Shown here in pieces: positions 10,456 to 21,796 of a stretch of 64,000 nucleotides of DNA. This stretch comes from an uncultured Nitrososphaerales archaeon (GTDB lineage Archaea; Thermoproteota; Nitrososphaeria; Nitrososphaerales; Nitrososphaeraceae), in the NCBI GenBank assembly GCA_963709405.1, contig CAVPXM010000055.1:352001-416000 (forward strand), given 5' to 3'. Numbering within the stretch: the first letter of the stretch is position 1; every line of letters starts with the position of its first letter. Under the pieces are notes generated by a model that did no database searches, had not been told where the DNA came from, and was given only the letters and a program-made list of their open reading frames with translations. The position numbers and the translations under genes are program-made.

Positions 10456-11383
10456 ATTTTTCCTTGAAATCACTTCTTTTCCACCATGAGTTGAATAATT
10501 TTTCGTTATCATATTATCAAGTCCGTTTAATTCTGAATCTTTTATTACAGTATTGTGTCATATCATGCATTTGCCAACTAGTGCCTTTCATAGATTATGA
10601 ATGATAATATCAGTTCCGCCATTTAATTGCCGAAAGTTCTGCTCTAAGTCGTAAAGTGGTCATTCATCGCCCTAAGCTGTTCATTACCTTTGAAATAATG
10701 GTCAACTTGCTACGATGTCCGCCAGGGATGATGGCATTCGTGGTAGGTAAACTAGCTTCGTCCAATTCATTCCATACGAGTATCGGAGATATTTTATGAG
10801 AATTTGTGGTTATGGTCAAGTACTTCATCAAGGGGTTATTTTCAAAAGTTCATTCTCGTCATCTCTCCACTAAAACTCGTTCTGATTAACCTCAACTGAA
10901 TTACCTGCCGAAAATCAATTTCACATTATCCCTAGATCTGGGTTGATACTTAACCATGTCTTGTAGCCATATCCCAAGCAGGATTTTTAGTATTGCAATT
11001 TCAAATCATTGGGTTTGCACCTCTACAATAAAAAATTATGTCAAATCGTGTAGGGTCCTAATTCAAGAGGATCTATTCTTCGACCTGTATCAGTTTTTGT
11101 CCGACTAGAGGGAGTATGTGATAATGTTTATGTAAACACTCGTGGATACAAGATTTATGTACTTATTCGGTTCGCCGGGGTCACCATTGCTCACGGACTA
11201 ACTTAGTTGTGAATTCTGAAAACTGCCCTCAATCTTAGCTCTAGTGCCTCATTTTGATTAAACTTGAAACATCGCTATGACTTCTATGACTTTTAAATTC
11301 TCCTAACATAGCATCGTCATGTGATTTAATAGCCAGAATCGTATGCATTCTCTTGGAAACAATGTGTCTTAAGACCCCAAAGA

Positions 11384-11419
11384 TTTAAATACACTAGATA
11401 GTCTACTATTTATTAGTAG
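11384..11419 (+). promoter_or_regulatory. TATA box and inverted-repeat operator upstream of the MarR gene
   Basis: TTTAAATA at 11384-11391; CTACTA-N5-TAGTAG at 11403-11419, just before the ATG. Confidence 0.55.
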
Positions 11420-11422
11420 CTT

Positions 11423-11983
11423 ATGCAATTTTATGATTTTGAGAATAGTATCGGAGTCATTATAAATACCGTAGCAAAGGCATTTGTGAAAGCACTAGAT
11501 TCTGAATTACGTGAGAACGTAGGTGTAACTATAGGCCAATGGAAAGTTATGGTTATGCTTGTAAGACAAAATGGCCTTACTCAAAAGGAGATTGCTGACA
11601 GGTTGAGTCTTGAAGGCCCCACTCTCATACCAGTTATCGACAAGATGGAGAAGGACGGATTGGTTATCAGGAAGGTAGATTTGGCTGACAGACGAAATAA
11701 TAGAATTTACCGTACAGAAAAAGCAGACGCATTATGGGATGAGATGTTCAAGCGTGCAATGAGAGTAAGACAATCTTCTGTAAAAAACATCACAGAGAAT
11801 GAAATTCAAATTACGAAAAGCGCTTTGGAAAAAATGTTACAAAACCTTAGACTTGAGTATGATGTTGAGTATAATCACTCATGCGCTGATGTCGTGGGAG
11901 CTTCAACTAAAACAGGGTCGGTACCCAAGGTGACCATGGCTACCGACACAAGAAGCTCAGCTGGAAAGAACCAAAATAGTTAG
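11423..11983 (+). CDS. MarR family transcriptional regulator
   Basis: GLTQKEIADRLSLEGPTL..VIDKMEKDGLVIR...DRR winged HTH. Confidence 0.93.
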   Translation: MQFYDFENSIGVIINTVAKAFVKALDSELRENVGVTIGQWKVMVMLVRQNGLTQKEIADRLSLEGPTLIPVIDKMEKDGLVIRKVDLADRRNNRIYRTEKADALWDEMFKRAMRVRQSSVKNITENEIQITKSALEKMLQNLRLEYDVEYNHSCADVVGASTKTGSVPKVTMATDTRSSAGKNQNS

Positions 11984-11998
11984 GAGCCGTTTCCCAAA

Positions 11999-13702
11999 TT
12001 GGAACCATCATCTTACGATGATAGCAACAAGCATGAAAACGAGAGCAGAAATGATAGCAGATTTGCTGCCACTGGCACCCCTACTGCTCCCTATTCAACC
12101 AATTCTGTAAAAATATCAGCATATGCATGGAAAGTTGTAATCATACTCAGTTGTATTGCTACGATGATAATGTATGCCGAAACAATGTTGATACCAGCTA
12201 TACCAGATCTTATTGAAGACTTTCATGTTTCTTATAGTATGTCATCATGGATTCTTACAGCTTATTTGGTTTCTGGTGCGGTGATGACTCCGATTGCTGG
12301 CAAGTTATCAGATATCTATGGGAGGAAGAAGATCCTATTGATCATAATGATAGTGTACACTATAGGAGTCTCATTAGCAGGTTTTGCATCAAATATATCA
12401 TTTTTGCTAATTGCTCGAGCAATCCAAGGAGTAGGGATGTCAATGTTTCCCATTGCATTTGGTATTGTAAGAGACCAATTTCCGAGGGAAAAGATGTCGA
12501 TAGGTCAGGGTATCATAACTTCTATGTTTGCTTCTGGCGCAGTAGTCGGCTTAACTGTAGGCGGAATCATAGTTCAGAATTATGGATGGAGAACGACATT
12601 CATAACAATAATTCCAATTGCCATTGGACTGTTGTTGATTATTCGATTTTTTATCAACGTAAATGACAAGAAGGACTGGGATGAGAAACCTATGGACCAT
12701 GAGGAGGCGAAGCAAGGACAATCGAAACCCAAATCTCATTACGGACGTAAGGAGAGTTTGAAACCTAAGTCTGCAGCTTCAGGATCTTCTAATCAGGTCG
12801 ACATAAAGGGAGCAATTGCACTAGCTGTCACCATTATATCTTTTTTATTAGTTTTGACATTCCTAGAAACATCAGGAAGCAGTGTTGGGACAACTACTGG
12901 AAATTATTCAACTACTCAGAATCAGAATAGTATTCCATCCAGCGTAAGTTATTCTTCTATTCAGGTATTGCCTTTCCTCTTACTAGGAATAGTTTCATTG
13001 GGTACGTTTATAGTCATTGAAAAACGTTCAGAGTTCCCATTGGTAGATTTTAAACTCATGCTCAACAGAGCAATACTTCCTGCAAATTTGATAATAGTTT
13101 TAGTTGGATTTTCAATGTTTATGGTTTTTCAAACGATACCGATATTAGTAAGAAATCCCGAACCCGTAGGATTCGGTGAAGATGCAATTAGTACCGGCAA
13201 AGTTCAACTTCCATTTGCAATAATTCTACTAATATTTGGACCAACTTCTGGATTTATTGTTTCAAAGCTAGGTTCCCTAAAGCCTATCATACTTGGGACT
13301 ATTATTACCACAGCAAGCTTTATTGGATTACTTATTTTTCATTCAACAGAGTTGTGGGTGTCAGTGAACCTAGCAATCTTATCAACCGGCTTATCACTAA
13401 CAAGCGTCGGGGCAATGAATGTAATTATATTAGCTACGCCGAGACAATTTAGTGGCATATCCCTGGGGATGACCACGCTTTTGAGAATAATTGGTAGTTC
13501 AATTGGTCCTGCTCTTGCGGGGATGTACATGCAAACTCACCAAACCCTAATAAACGTAAATGATACTTTGCGTTATTTTCCATCATCATCGTCATTCAAC
13601 ATGATATTCCTAACAGCTGTAATAGTATCAATTATCTCAGTAGGATTAGCAATAGTTCTAAGGCGAAAAGTGATGAAAATGACAATACCCAATCTGATGT
13701 AA
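11999..13702 (+). CDS. MFS transporter (DHA2/EmrB-like)
   Basis: Motif A GKLSDIYGRKK, ARAIQGVG, about 14 hydrophobic segments; 15 bp downstream of marR. Confidence 0.93.
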   Translation: MEPSSYDDSNKHENESRNDSRFAATGTPTAPYSTNSVKISAYAWKVVIILSCIATMIMYAETMLIPAIPDLIEDFHVSYSMSSWILTAYLVSGAVMTPIAGKLSDIYGRKKILLIIMIVYTIGVSLAGFASNISFLLIARAIQGVGMSMFPIAFGIVRDQFPREKMSIGQGIITSMFASGAVVGLTVGGIIVQNYGWRTTFITIIPIAIGLLLIIRFFINVNDKKDWDEKPMDHEEAKQGQSKPKSHYGRKESLKPKSAASGSSNQVDIKGAIALAVTIISFLLVLTFLETSGSSVGTTTGNYSTTQNQNSIPSSVSYSSIQVLPFLLLGIVSLGTFIVIEKRSEFPLVDFKLMLNRAILPANLIIVLVGFSMFMVFQTIPILVRNPEPVGFGEDAISTGKVQLPFAIILLIFGPTSGFIVSKLGSLKPIILGTIITTASFIGLLIFHSTELWVSVNLAILSTGLSLTSVGAMNVIILATPRQFSGISLGMTTLLRIIGSSIGPALAGMYMQTHQTLINVNDTLRYFPSSSSFNMIFLTAVIVSIISVGLAIVLRRKVMKMTIPNLM

Positions 13703-13928
13703 CTATAATTCAACCTTTCATTTTCCACTAGAAGTACTTTCAACTCGGCCTTGATGGTTGTGAGGAATGAGTTACAAGACGATTGGCATCTAGGGTTTCA
13801 CGTGCGTGCTCTGATTCTCAGTTTGTGCTAGAACGGTATATAATAGTCTTTACGGATGCTACGCCGCTATTGGGCTTCTTTGTTCAAATATTGTAGGTCT
13901 TCCGATGAAGCCGAGGGAGTATGCTCTT

Positions 13929-13960
13929 GCAGTTACTGCAGTAACTGCGAAGTTACTGCA
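13929..13960. repeat. Perfect 20-bp palindrome plus a third half-site
   Basis: GCAGTTACTGCAGTAACTGC at 13929-13948, then AGTTACTGCA at 13951-13960. Confidence 0.75.
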
Positions 13961-14499
13961 AGAACGACGTTGCTAACTTTAATGCGATCGTATTCTGATG
14001 ATGTCTACCCGCGTGATCGATATTAAGAAGTATTGATTCTGGTACTATTAGTTTAGACCATATTTGCTGTTAGTCTGACGAATGACAGTTTCGGTACCGG
14101 CTTCATCAAGTGTCACCTATGATTTCTACATTCTCAAGTCACGTTGATTGAATAATGTTCTTCTGCCAATATTATTGGCAAACATGCGACTTGAGTATGG
14201 CTTGATCTACAACCTAAGGAAACAAGAATGCCAGTGATTTCTGCTTAATGATGTTCTGCATACCCCTGTTGTTGCAGTAATGTTATTGGTTAAGCCTCAT
14301 CTGGATAGTTTGATATTGTCTCTATTTATCTTTGTTTTATGAGCGTTTCATTCAGTTACATCTCCCGTAAAGAGACGCTAGTGGAGTCCTAATATTTTTG
14401 AAGAACAAATCTTAATTAAAAATATGCCGCTGAATTCTATTGCAGTGTCTAAACCCGATAAGCCATTTCTTACATCTGTCGAATTTTCGTAGCCATGGT

Positions 14500-14922
14500 T
14501 TATGGAGTGGTAAATGAATAGCTATTTGTAAGGCTGTCTTTACATTCTAAAGAACCATCGTTAAGGATGATGCAGTTTTCAGGTATCGCTTTTATATTTG
14601 TAGCACCACCCTTCATGAACCCCATCGCCTGGGACTGGTTCATAGTGCCCATGTTCTTCATTCCCATCACCGAAAGCTGCATCTGTGCCAAATTCATTTG
14701 TTCTAATGCATTGCTAAAGTTTCCAGTTGACAACGCTTTATCCGCGGTCTTTAAATGCATCCTGACCGACTCCATCATGACTGATGACATACTGCCATTC
14801 TTTATAGCCGTCATATTTTGCTGTGCTAATACAGGTATCGCGAGAATAGTCATCGTGGTAGCTCCAACAATGAGAAGTGTTGCGACAGCACAAACTGTTG
14901 CTTGAGAATATTTTGTTCCCAT
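14500..14922 (-). CDS. Secreted methionine-rich small protein
   Basis: Signal peptide (VLA-QQ), 15 Met in 140 aa by hand count, C-terminal Cys pair. Confidence 0.7.
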   Translation of the reverse strand: MGTKYSQATVCAVATLLIVGATTMTILAIPVLAQQNMTAIKNGSMSSVMMESVRMHLKTADKALSTGNFSNALEQMNLAQMQLSVMGMKNMGTMNQSQAMGFMKGGATNIKAIPENCIILNDGSLECKDSLTNSYSFTTP

Positions 14923-15165
14923 ATTCAGTTACCAAAATTATTATATATAAGATTTTTAGCAAGGAGATGAAGCAAAACGAACTTGTGTAACATCGGACGC
15001 ATCGTGTTCTATTGATACGCATAAATTGTACTGACCACAATTCCTTTGGAATAAATCCACTTAACTGCTGAGTCTGACAAGATAAGGCTATGTCTGGATA
15101 TACGTTGCTTAAATATGAATAATCACCCCTGACTACTAATTTGTCTTGACACATCACAATCCCTA

Positions 15166-15948
15166 TTATGATACATTACGCCCTGCCCGTTCTACAACAA
15201 GCATGCCACATAAATAGAGTGAGAGCATAGGACCAGCTACTAACCACATTGTAATCCCACTGCCATCTGGAGTCACTAGGGCGCCAAATATAGCAAGAAC
15301 GATGATAACATATCGCAAGTTATTCCTCCAAAAATTTGGACGAATAAATCCAGAAATCGTTAGTCCCCACATTAATAAGGGAAGTTGAAAAGAAATGCCA
15401 AACGCAAGAAGGAATTGGAGAACGAACGGCACAAACTGGGATATATCAAGAAAAGTAGTGATGCCGATGAACGCTCCGTACTTGTATAAGAATTCAAGCA
15501 CAATTGGTATTACAACAAGATACGAAAAGGTGCAACCTACGCCGAAGAGTCCTATGGCGACTACGGTTATCTTTTTTACAAATGTACTTTCGTGTCGATA
15601 AAGGCCTGGTCCTACAAAGGAAATTGTTTCTATAATTATAATAGGGATTGTCAGGATGAGTGCCAGGAGTGATGCAACGTAAATCTGTGCGAAAAAAGCC
15701 TGTCCTGGAGATGTTTGAATTAGCGTAACATTATCTGGAAGAAGGCTTTGTCGCATTAACGTCATTGTTTGAATTGCGATGTTGTCAAATAGATCTGGGT
15801 ACAAGATTGGAATTCTGTAGCCATCGTAATCGAACGTCTTAAAACTCAGTGTTGTATTAAGGATCGTTAGTACCGCAAGTACTATTGCAATCCTGATTAC
15901 TCTTTTCCTAAGGTCTTGTAGGTATTGTATGGTATGGCCACTTGTTAT
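15166..15948 (-). CDS. tatC: Twin-arginine translocase subunit TatC
   Basis: PGLYRHE, FGISFQLP and GALVTPDG motifs. The frame extends upstream of 15804 to YLQDLRKRVIRI (TatC N-terminus) with no canonical start. Confidence 0.92.
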   Translation of the reverse strand: MTSGHTIQYLQDLRKRVIRIAIVLAVLTILNTTLSFKTFDYDGYRIPILYPDLFDNIAIQTMTLMRQSLLPDNVTLIQTSPGQAFFAQIYVASLLALILTIPIIIIETISFVGPGLYRHESTFVKKITVVAIGLFGVGCTFSYLVVIPIVLEFLYKYGAFIGITTFLDISQFVPFVLQFLLAFGISFQLPLLMWGLTISGFIRPNFWRNNLRYVIIVLAIFGALVTPDGSGITMWLVAGPMLSLYLCGMLVVERAGRNVS

Positions 15949-16360
15949 ACAGGTGATACCACCAAAAGACTAACTCGAAGCATCTATATTATGTACGTGA
16001 TTTTCATATGCAAGAAATCTGTCTCGAGTCTTTATCTGAAGACCCCCAACAATTATCTCGCCATGTTAATCTCTTATTTCAAGGCATCAACGAAGATAAA
16101 AGAATTAATGCTACTGATCCGTTAGTGAAAATATACTGCAACTCGTTTCCGCACATATAACTACTTGCAGAGTCAATTACTTTGATATACCAGCCAGAGA
16201 ACATTTATTATTATTTGCAAGAACAACTTTGGCCTCACGGAGTTTAATACTATTGGCGGTGCCACAACCGTTGAATTGGTGACAATTATTGACATGACTT
16301 GTGGCCATCGTGACACTTCCTAGGTTTATAATGCTCAAATTTGCAAAGCGCCGAATACTT

Positions 16361-17452
16361 TCAATGCGAATTTCCTTCTCGGACAACCTGCGGGGATGAT
16401 GCCTTGAATATAGCATATACCATATCGCCATCTTCGATCCCAAGCTCTGATCTGGCCTCGTCGGTAATTTTGGCAACAAGTCGTAACTTTTCTTCTAACA
16501 ACATATGGACTCTAATCATTCCTGTGGCCCCGATCGGTTTAGTCACGTTTACGATCTTTATTCGTAAAAAGTTTCGGGCACTAGTTTTTACTAAATCCTT
16601 TGATATAATTATATCTTCTGGTCTAATCAAAATACCGACATTTGATCCGAGTGGATAATCTCCAAGAATCTGAAGCGTCTGCGTGTGATATTTGAATATT
16701 GTGACCCCACCACTAGAATATGTAACAACTCCTTCAATGTAATTGCCCTCTGCGCTAAAAATCTCAGGTCGAAATGGAAAGGAGTTCGGGTCTTGAAATG
16801 TAAGAGCTGCGTTGAGAGTGTTATCGTAGAGCACGTTTCCGTTGTACAAGATAGATATCCTATCGGCAAGTGCATAAACATCCTGTTCAAAATGTGTCAC
16901 ATAAATTGTCGGTAGGTTTCTCTCTTTTAGCACCTGTCGTAAATCCAATCTCAATTTTTTTTTTGATTGATCGTCTAGATTCGCTAGTGGCTCGTCCATA
17001 AGTATGATTTTTGGCTTAGTAACTAGCATTCTAGCCAAAGAAGCCTTTTGCATCTCGCCACCGCTTAAACCTTGTATCCTTCTGTCAGACAGATGCCCGA
17101 TGCCTAGATCATCAAGTAACTTTCTAATTTCAGTAACGCTGAAAGAGTCATATTTTTTTCGACCGAATATAATATTATCATATACGCTTAAATGAGGAAA
17201 CAAAAGGGGCTTTTGGAATATATATCCAATCTCTCTACATTCGATTGGATGATTCGTTATGTCATTGCCGTCTAAGATAATAGATCCACAATCCGGCTTA
17301 ATCAAACCAGAAATGAGATTAAGAATGGTAGTTTTACCGCTGCCTGTAGGACCTATTATGACTCTTATCTCATTTCCTACCTTCAAACTGACAGGACCAA
17401 TGGTGAATCCAGGGAATTGTTTGATCAGGTTGAGAAGTTCCAAGCCAGCCAT
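16361..17452 (-). CDS. Molybdate/tungstate ABC transporter ATPase with TOBE domain (ModC/WtpC-like)
   Basis: GPTGSGKT, LSGGE and MDEP motifs; C-terminal TSARN...LGIEDGDMVYAIFKAS TOBE signature. Confidence 0.9.
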   Translation of the reverse strand: MAGLELLNLIKQFPGFTIGPVSLKVGNEIRVIIGPTGSGKTTILNLISGLIKPDCGSIILDGNDITNHPIECREIGYIFQKPLLFPHLSVYDNIIFGRKKYDSFSVTEIRKLLDDLGIGHLSDRRIQGLSGGEMQKASLARMLVTKPKIILMDEPLANLDDQSKKKLRLDLRQVLKERNLPTIYVTHFEQDVYALADRISILYNGNVLYDNTLNAALTFQDPNSFPFRPEIFSAEGNYIEGVVTYSSGGVTIFKYHTQTLQILGDYPLGSNVGILIRPEDIIISKDLVKTSARNFLRIKIVNVTKPIGATGMIRVHMLLEEKLRLVAKITDEARSELGIEDGDMVYAIFKASSPQVVREGNSH

Positions 17453-17464
17453 GTCCCATATCTC

Positions 17465-18266
17465 TTAATTGAGCTTCAAAAGGCCTCTGTTTTTAGATCT
17501 AGCAGAATATAAGTAGAATGCAGCTAGAGCTATGACCGAGAGTATTATGCTAAAGAAGATATCTGGAATGGCCCTAGACAAACCCCCAATTGCGTTGTCT
17601 TCAAATATCTGAATTGAAATTGTATGTGGGTTATACGCCATCATCATAGTCGCTCCCAGCTCCCCTACAGCCCTCACCCATGACATGATAAATCCAATAA
17701 TTATCCCAGTCTTGGCTAATGGAACGGACACTTGTATGAAGGTCTCAAATCGCGTTTTGCCCAGTACGCGTGACATCAACTCATACGACTCGTCAAATGA
17801 CTCAAATGCCATTTCTGATGCAAGGATCATAAACGGGGAAGCAACATAAAATTGCGCAATTATTATCCCAGCGACCGACTGTGTAAAATCCAGAGTTGGG
17901 AACATCTTCATTATTGGCGAAAGCGGACCAAATGCTCCCAAGAGCGAGCGCTCCACTTGCCAAAGGGGGCAAAACCAAAGGAGCAAAAACAATAATCCTA
18001 AGTACTGACCTTCCGGGAAGATTGTGAAATCTAGCTAGCACATACCCTACAGGTATTCCAAATATGGCGAGGATTACCGTAGAAATTGTTGCCGTGGCCG
18101 CGCTAAGTACAAATGCATTGATCACTTCAGGGCGATCTATAGTATCTGAGATGGCAGAGGGATCAACGAAAATCAAGACCGTGATAAATGGATAGGCTAG
18201 ATACACAATGGTTATTAGACACAAACCCAACATGACAAGACTAAATGTCTGATCTTTTGCGATCAT
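17465..18266 (-). CDS. Molybdate/tungstate ABC permease (ModB/WtpB-like), frameshifted in this sequence
   Basis: PLVLPPLASGLAL joins IIAQFYVASPF and WVRAVGELGAT across a net +1 shift near 17950. Confidence 0.88.
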
Positions 18267-18747
18267 CTGAAATGTAGATGCTCTTTAGTCTGAGTTCAAG
18301 TTATCTTTATCTATTGAAATTCGCCTTCACTTGACGATAGATTCCTGATAGCCATCTGGATAACATAGGATCATGTGTTCGTCGAGTACGTAAATACGAA
18401 ACTCAGCGTTTACTATACCCCTTTCAGAATTGTTAAATCACCGATGCTCCTAGGGATCTGAAATCTTTCGAGCATTTAGCTTGAAAATGGTATGACTTGA
18501 TGATTCTCTCTATATGCTATGATTTAACCGAGGAAGTAGGTAAATAAATAAGGAACATAATCAAAACTGCTACCAATTAGGTAACTAGTTCCTACAACCG
18601 TTGAACAACCCTTGAATCAGAGTGAGAGGTAGCCTCGTGTCCCGCTTTTTTGTACGCTACTCATGTAGGTGCTAGCTACGCTTGGCCGAGCTGCATCTAT
18701 TCCTAATTCTTTTCGATCGGTCTCAAAAAGACGGGCGTTATAATCAG

Positions 18748-20410
18748 CTATGTAGATAATATATAGTACCCAGTTGCTCCACTTGGAAAGGGATCTGTAA
18801 TCTGTGCTGTCTGAATTCTACCCGTCTTATCGGTAGCTCTGACGTATATATTGTAATTCGATTTGCTTCCTAGCAAATCCAATCGAGTGGCCCATAGTAC
18901 CCAAGTATATTGTGATAGTGGATCTTTTAACTGAGTATTTTTCCAAGTTTTGCCACCATCTATACTGACCTCTACTTTTAATATGCCTCGATCTCCAGCG
19001 AAAGCCATTCCACCGAATGGAACTCCTCCTTCCGAGCCCTGGAACGTAGTCTCGGACGATTGCAGATCTTTGAATCTTTTCCGAACTGCTGCAACTCCCG
19101 GAATTACAATGAAAGAATGTGTATTGTATCTTGCAGAGTTTGTCCAACCCTTCCTCTGCCAATAACCCTCATAGACTTTATCCATAAGTTCTATTTCAGT
19201 TATCCATTTAGGGTTCATCATTCCATACAGTCCAGGTATAATGGCTCTAATAGGGAAGCCGTGTTCAGCTGTTAGAGAAGCGCCATTCATATCGTATGCC
19301 AAAATGCTGCCATCTAACAACCCACGATCGATCGGTATGCCAACGTCATATCCGTCTGCGCACCTGAATACCAGAAATTTGACTTCAGGCTTTACACCCG
19401 CCTCCCGAAGTATATCTTTCAGATGGACACCCTTCCATGCGGTGTACTAATGAGATCACCCCCAATCTTGTTACTTACGCATTCGAGGGTAGCGAATTGC
19501 TCGACCGGAGGCATAGATCTGATCTCCCGATAATTCAGAATGAGAGGCTTATCTACCAAACCTTTCACATTCAAAGTCCACGTCTGCGCATTCACTTCGG
19601 GTACCAAGGCATTTTTATCTATTCTGTAAAACATGTCGGTCGGCGTTACTTCTGAATCCAAGAGCGGAGCCAATTTTGCATCTTCAAAGCCCTTTGGTTT
19701 GATATTCTTCAGCGTCTGCTGAAATTGAGATAGCAATAACGACGTTGTCCTCTGAACTGCTCGCTGAGGTGAAAGGAGGGTTTCCAGCCCCAGGTATATA
19801 ATAGGTACAGCAACTGCGGCAGAAATCCCTGCGCGAAGCATTTGTCTCTTACGCTGATCTATTCCCTCTGGGGGACGAGATTTAGGTATCAGAATACTTT
19901 CTCTAGTATCCTGGGTGAGAGGCTTAAGCCTCCGATTGTAGAAAACAGCATAGAGCGTGAAACCGAATCCAAGCTGAGGGAATATTAAATATGTCACTAG
20001 CGACACGATTCCTATGGATTGACCGTGCCCTTCCGTCAACGCCAAGAGGATCATTGCTAAGGACAGGAAAATAAAAAAGGAGACCAATGCACAAAATAAT
20101 GAATTAAGCAGATAGCGCTTTGGGCTATTATTAGACCTCTGAGCAAAAAAAATTGCCAGTAAGCCATAAACTACTAAATTGGCAACAATTGCGCCAATGA
20201 ATGCGGAGTATTTGGCGATTGGACCCAAAGTCCCTACCGCCTGAGACTCTACTGATCCTGGAGTAAGTGAGAACAAGGTCTGAGAGGCAATTTCCGGGAT
20301 AAATGGAGCACTTAATGCTAATCTTAAGACTAAGGCTATGGCTATAGCAACACTCCCCGCACACAGTCCCCCTATTAATGATAATTTAATGGAAATATGT
20401 TTTATTACAC
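18748..20410 (-). CDS. Membrane-anchored sulfite-oxidase-family molybdoenzyme (MsrP/YedY-like) with dimerisation domain, frameshifted
   Basis: N-terminal TM helices, RKRQML, Mo-ligand TLECVSN, HGFPIRAIIPGLYGMMNPKW, KVEVSIDGGKTW and VRATD. Frame change near 19440; start uncertain. Confidence 0.88.
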
Positions 20411-20511
20411 AACCACTGAACTACCTTAACCAAGCAAGATTTAAGTTTTTTCCAGGTTCTAGACCTAGTAGATCGGAAAAGGAAAAATAGCTATGAAACC
20501 GTACAGTATCC

Positions 20512-21036
20512 ATGTCGTTATGGACTCGTCAGGCTATCCTGGCTGGTACGACGATTACCTTAATTTCTAGTATTTTTTCTTTTCTTGTCGTTGCACCTGC
20601 TATAGGCTTTTCTTACAGTGGATTCATACAATTGCAAGTGGCGCATAGTATAGTTGGGTACTATAATGATGTAGCGATACGCCCGATCGACATAGATGTA
20701 CGGGTCAACAATAATTCTTCATCTCTCCAATCATCAAAAGGCGTGGATATGGGAATATTAGTAGTTACAGTAAATGTAGCGAATAAAACCGGTCATTTGG
20801 TACCATCCGACTTTAAAGTTTTTGTCCATGGTAACGATCCTATGCCTAGTTCATTTAATGGTAACAAATCTGGTACATTAGTCAAACTTCATATGGGAAT
20901 GTATAGTGTCACGACTCTTGGGCCAGCTGGCTATGCACCAGCATTTTCTGGAGACTGTTCTGGCGGAATGATGTCGATTGAAATCAAGAAATGCATGATT
21001 ACTAACGACATACCAGCTCGCATAACAGGTAAATGA
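20512..21036 (+). CDS. Secreted/anchored protein with a small beta-sandwich domain
   Basis: N-terminal hydrophobic helix; PSDF...PSSFNG..SGTLV.L..G.YSV....GY...FSGDCSG......KKCMITN resembles thaumarchaeal surface repeats. Confidence 0.7.
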   Translation: MSLWTRQAILAGTTITLISSIFSFLVVAPAIGFSYSGFIQLQVAHSIVGYYNDVAIRPIDIDVRVNNNSSSLQSSKGVDMGILVVTVNVANKTGHLVPSDFKVFVHGNDPMPSSFNGNKSGTLVKLHMGMYSVTTLGPAGYAPAFSGDCSGGMMSIEIKKCMITNDIPARITGK

Positions 21037-21058
21037 TAAACTGTATTTTATCTCTCCA

Positions 21059-21430
21059 TTGCCAGTACGATTTATACTTCAAAGCATCTGCTCTATTGGT
21101 CTATTGCGCAATACGTATATCACATCGTGCCAATGCTGTTCTATTAGACTCGACCATACAAAAACAAAGGCAATTTTGAAAATAAGAGACGAAGAAATAT
21201 ACGAATTTATAGTTCAAGTGTCTTCTTCTGGTCACTTCATTGTCGTCGCACCAGGTGAACCTATAGAAGAGATTAATGCAAAGTTTTTATCATTAACAAT
21301 CCAACAGCGTATTCCTAGTTTCATATTTGATTTGATATCAAATGTTTTAGCAGGTTCTTCAGATTTCCATATCTTGTCACAAGATCAAAGGTTTATGCGA
21401 GCTATTAAAAGATATAAGAATGAAATTTGA
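21059..21430 (+). CDS. Hypothetical protein (possibly a fragment)
   Basis: ORF only; the C-terminal half looks protein-like. Confidence 0.3.
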   Translation: MPVRFILQSICSIGLLRNTYITSCQCCSIRLDHTKTKAILKIRDEEIYEFIVQVSSSGHFIVVAPGEPIEEINAKFLSLTIQQRIPSFIFDLISNVLAGSSDFHILSQDQRFMRAIKRYKNEI

Positions 21431-21482
21431 TAAACAATTTAAGATGGTCGTAAAGGAGCAAAGAACTACCCCTTCTACTCTT

Positions 21483-21796
21483 TTATGAATGATTTTTATT
21501 CTTTAATTCCTGTACTTCTGCCATGAGTTTCATAACTTGGTCTGATAAATTAGTCAATGCGTCATCCTTCTCCAGTAGCTTTGCTCTAAGAAGATAATCG
21601 TTATCTTTCGTTTTTTCCGCTAATTCTTGTATCTGCTTTTGAAGCACAAGGTTTTCACCATTAATTGTAAGTAATGGGATTGCTTTCAAATAGTCTTCTA
21701 AAACCTCTCGTTCTGTCGGTTTGTAATAGGAAGCCGAGATTCCAATATCATGACCCATTGTAATTTCTACATTAATGGGTTTCATAACTTGCTCTG
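21483..21796 (-). pseudogene. C-terminal remnant of a tyrosine recombinase/integrase
   Basis: EQVMKPINVEITMGHDIGISASYYKP resembles box II (H...Y) followed by a coiled-coil tail; the rest of the catalytic domain is missing. Confidence 0.75.

Noticed and set aside
13995-14080. TGATGA...CTGA as a C/D-box sRNA (also near 30030)
   Set aside because: No recognisable C'/D' boxes or guide complementarity; the motifs are expected by chance.
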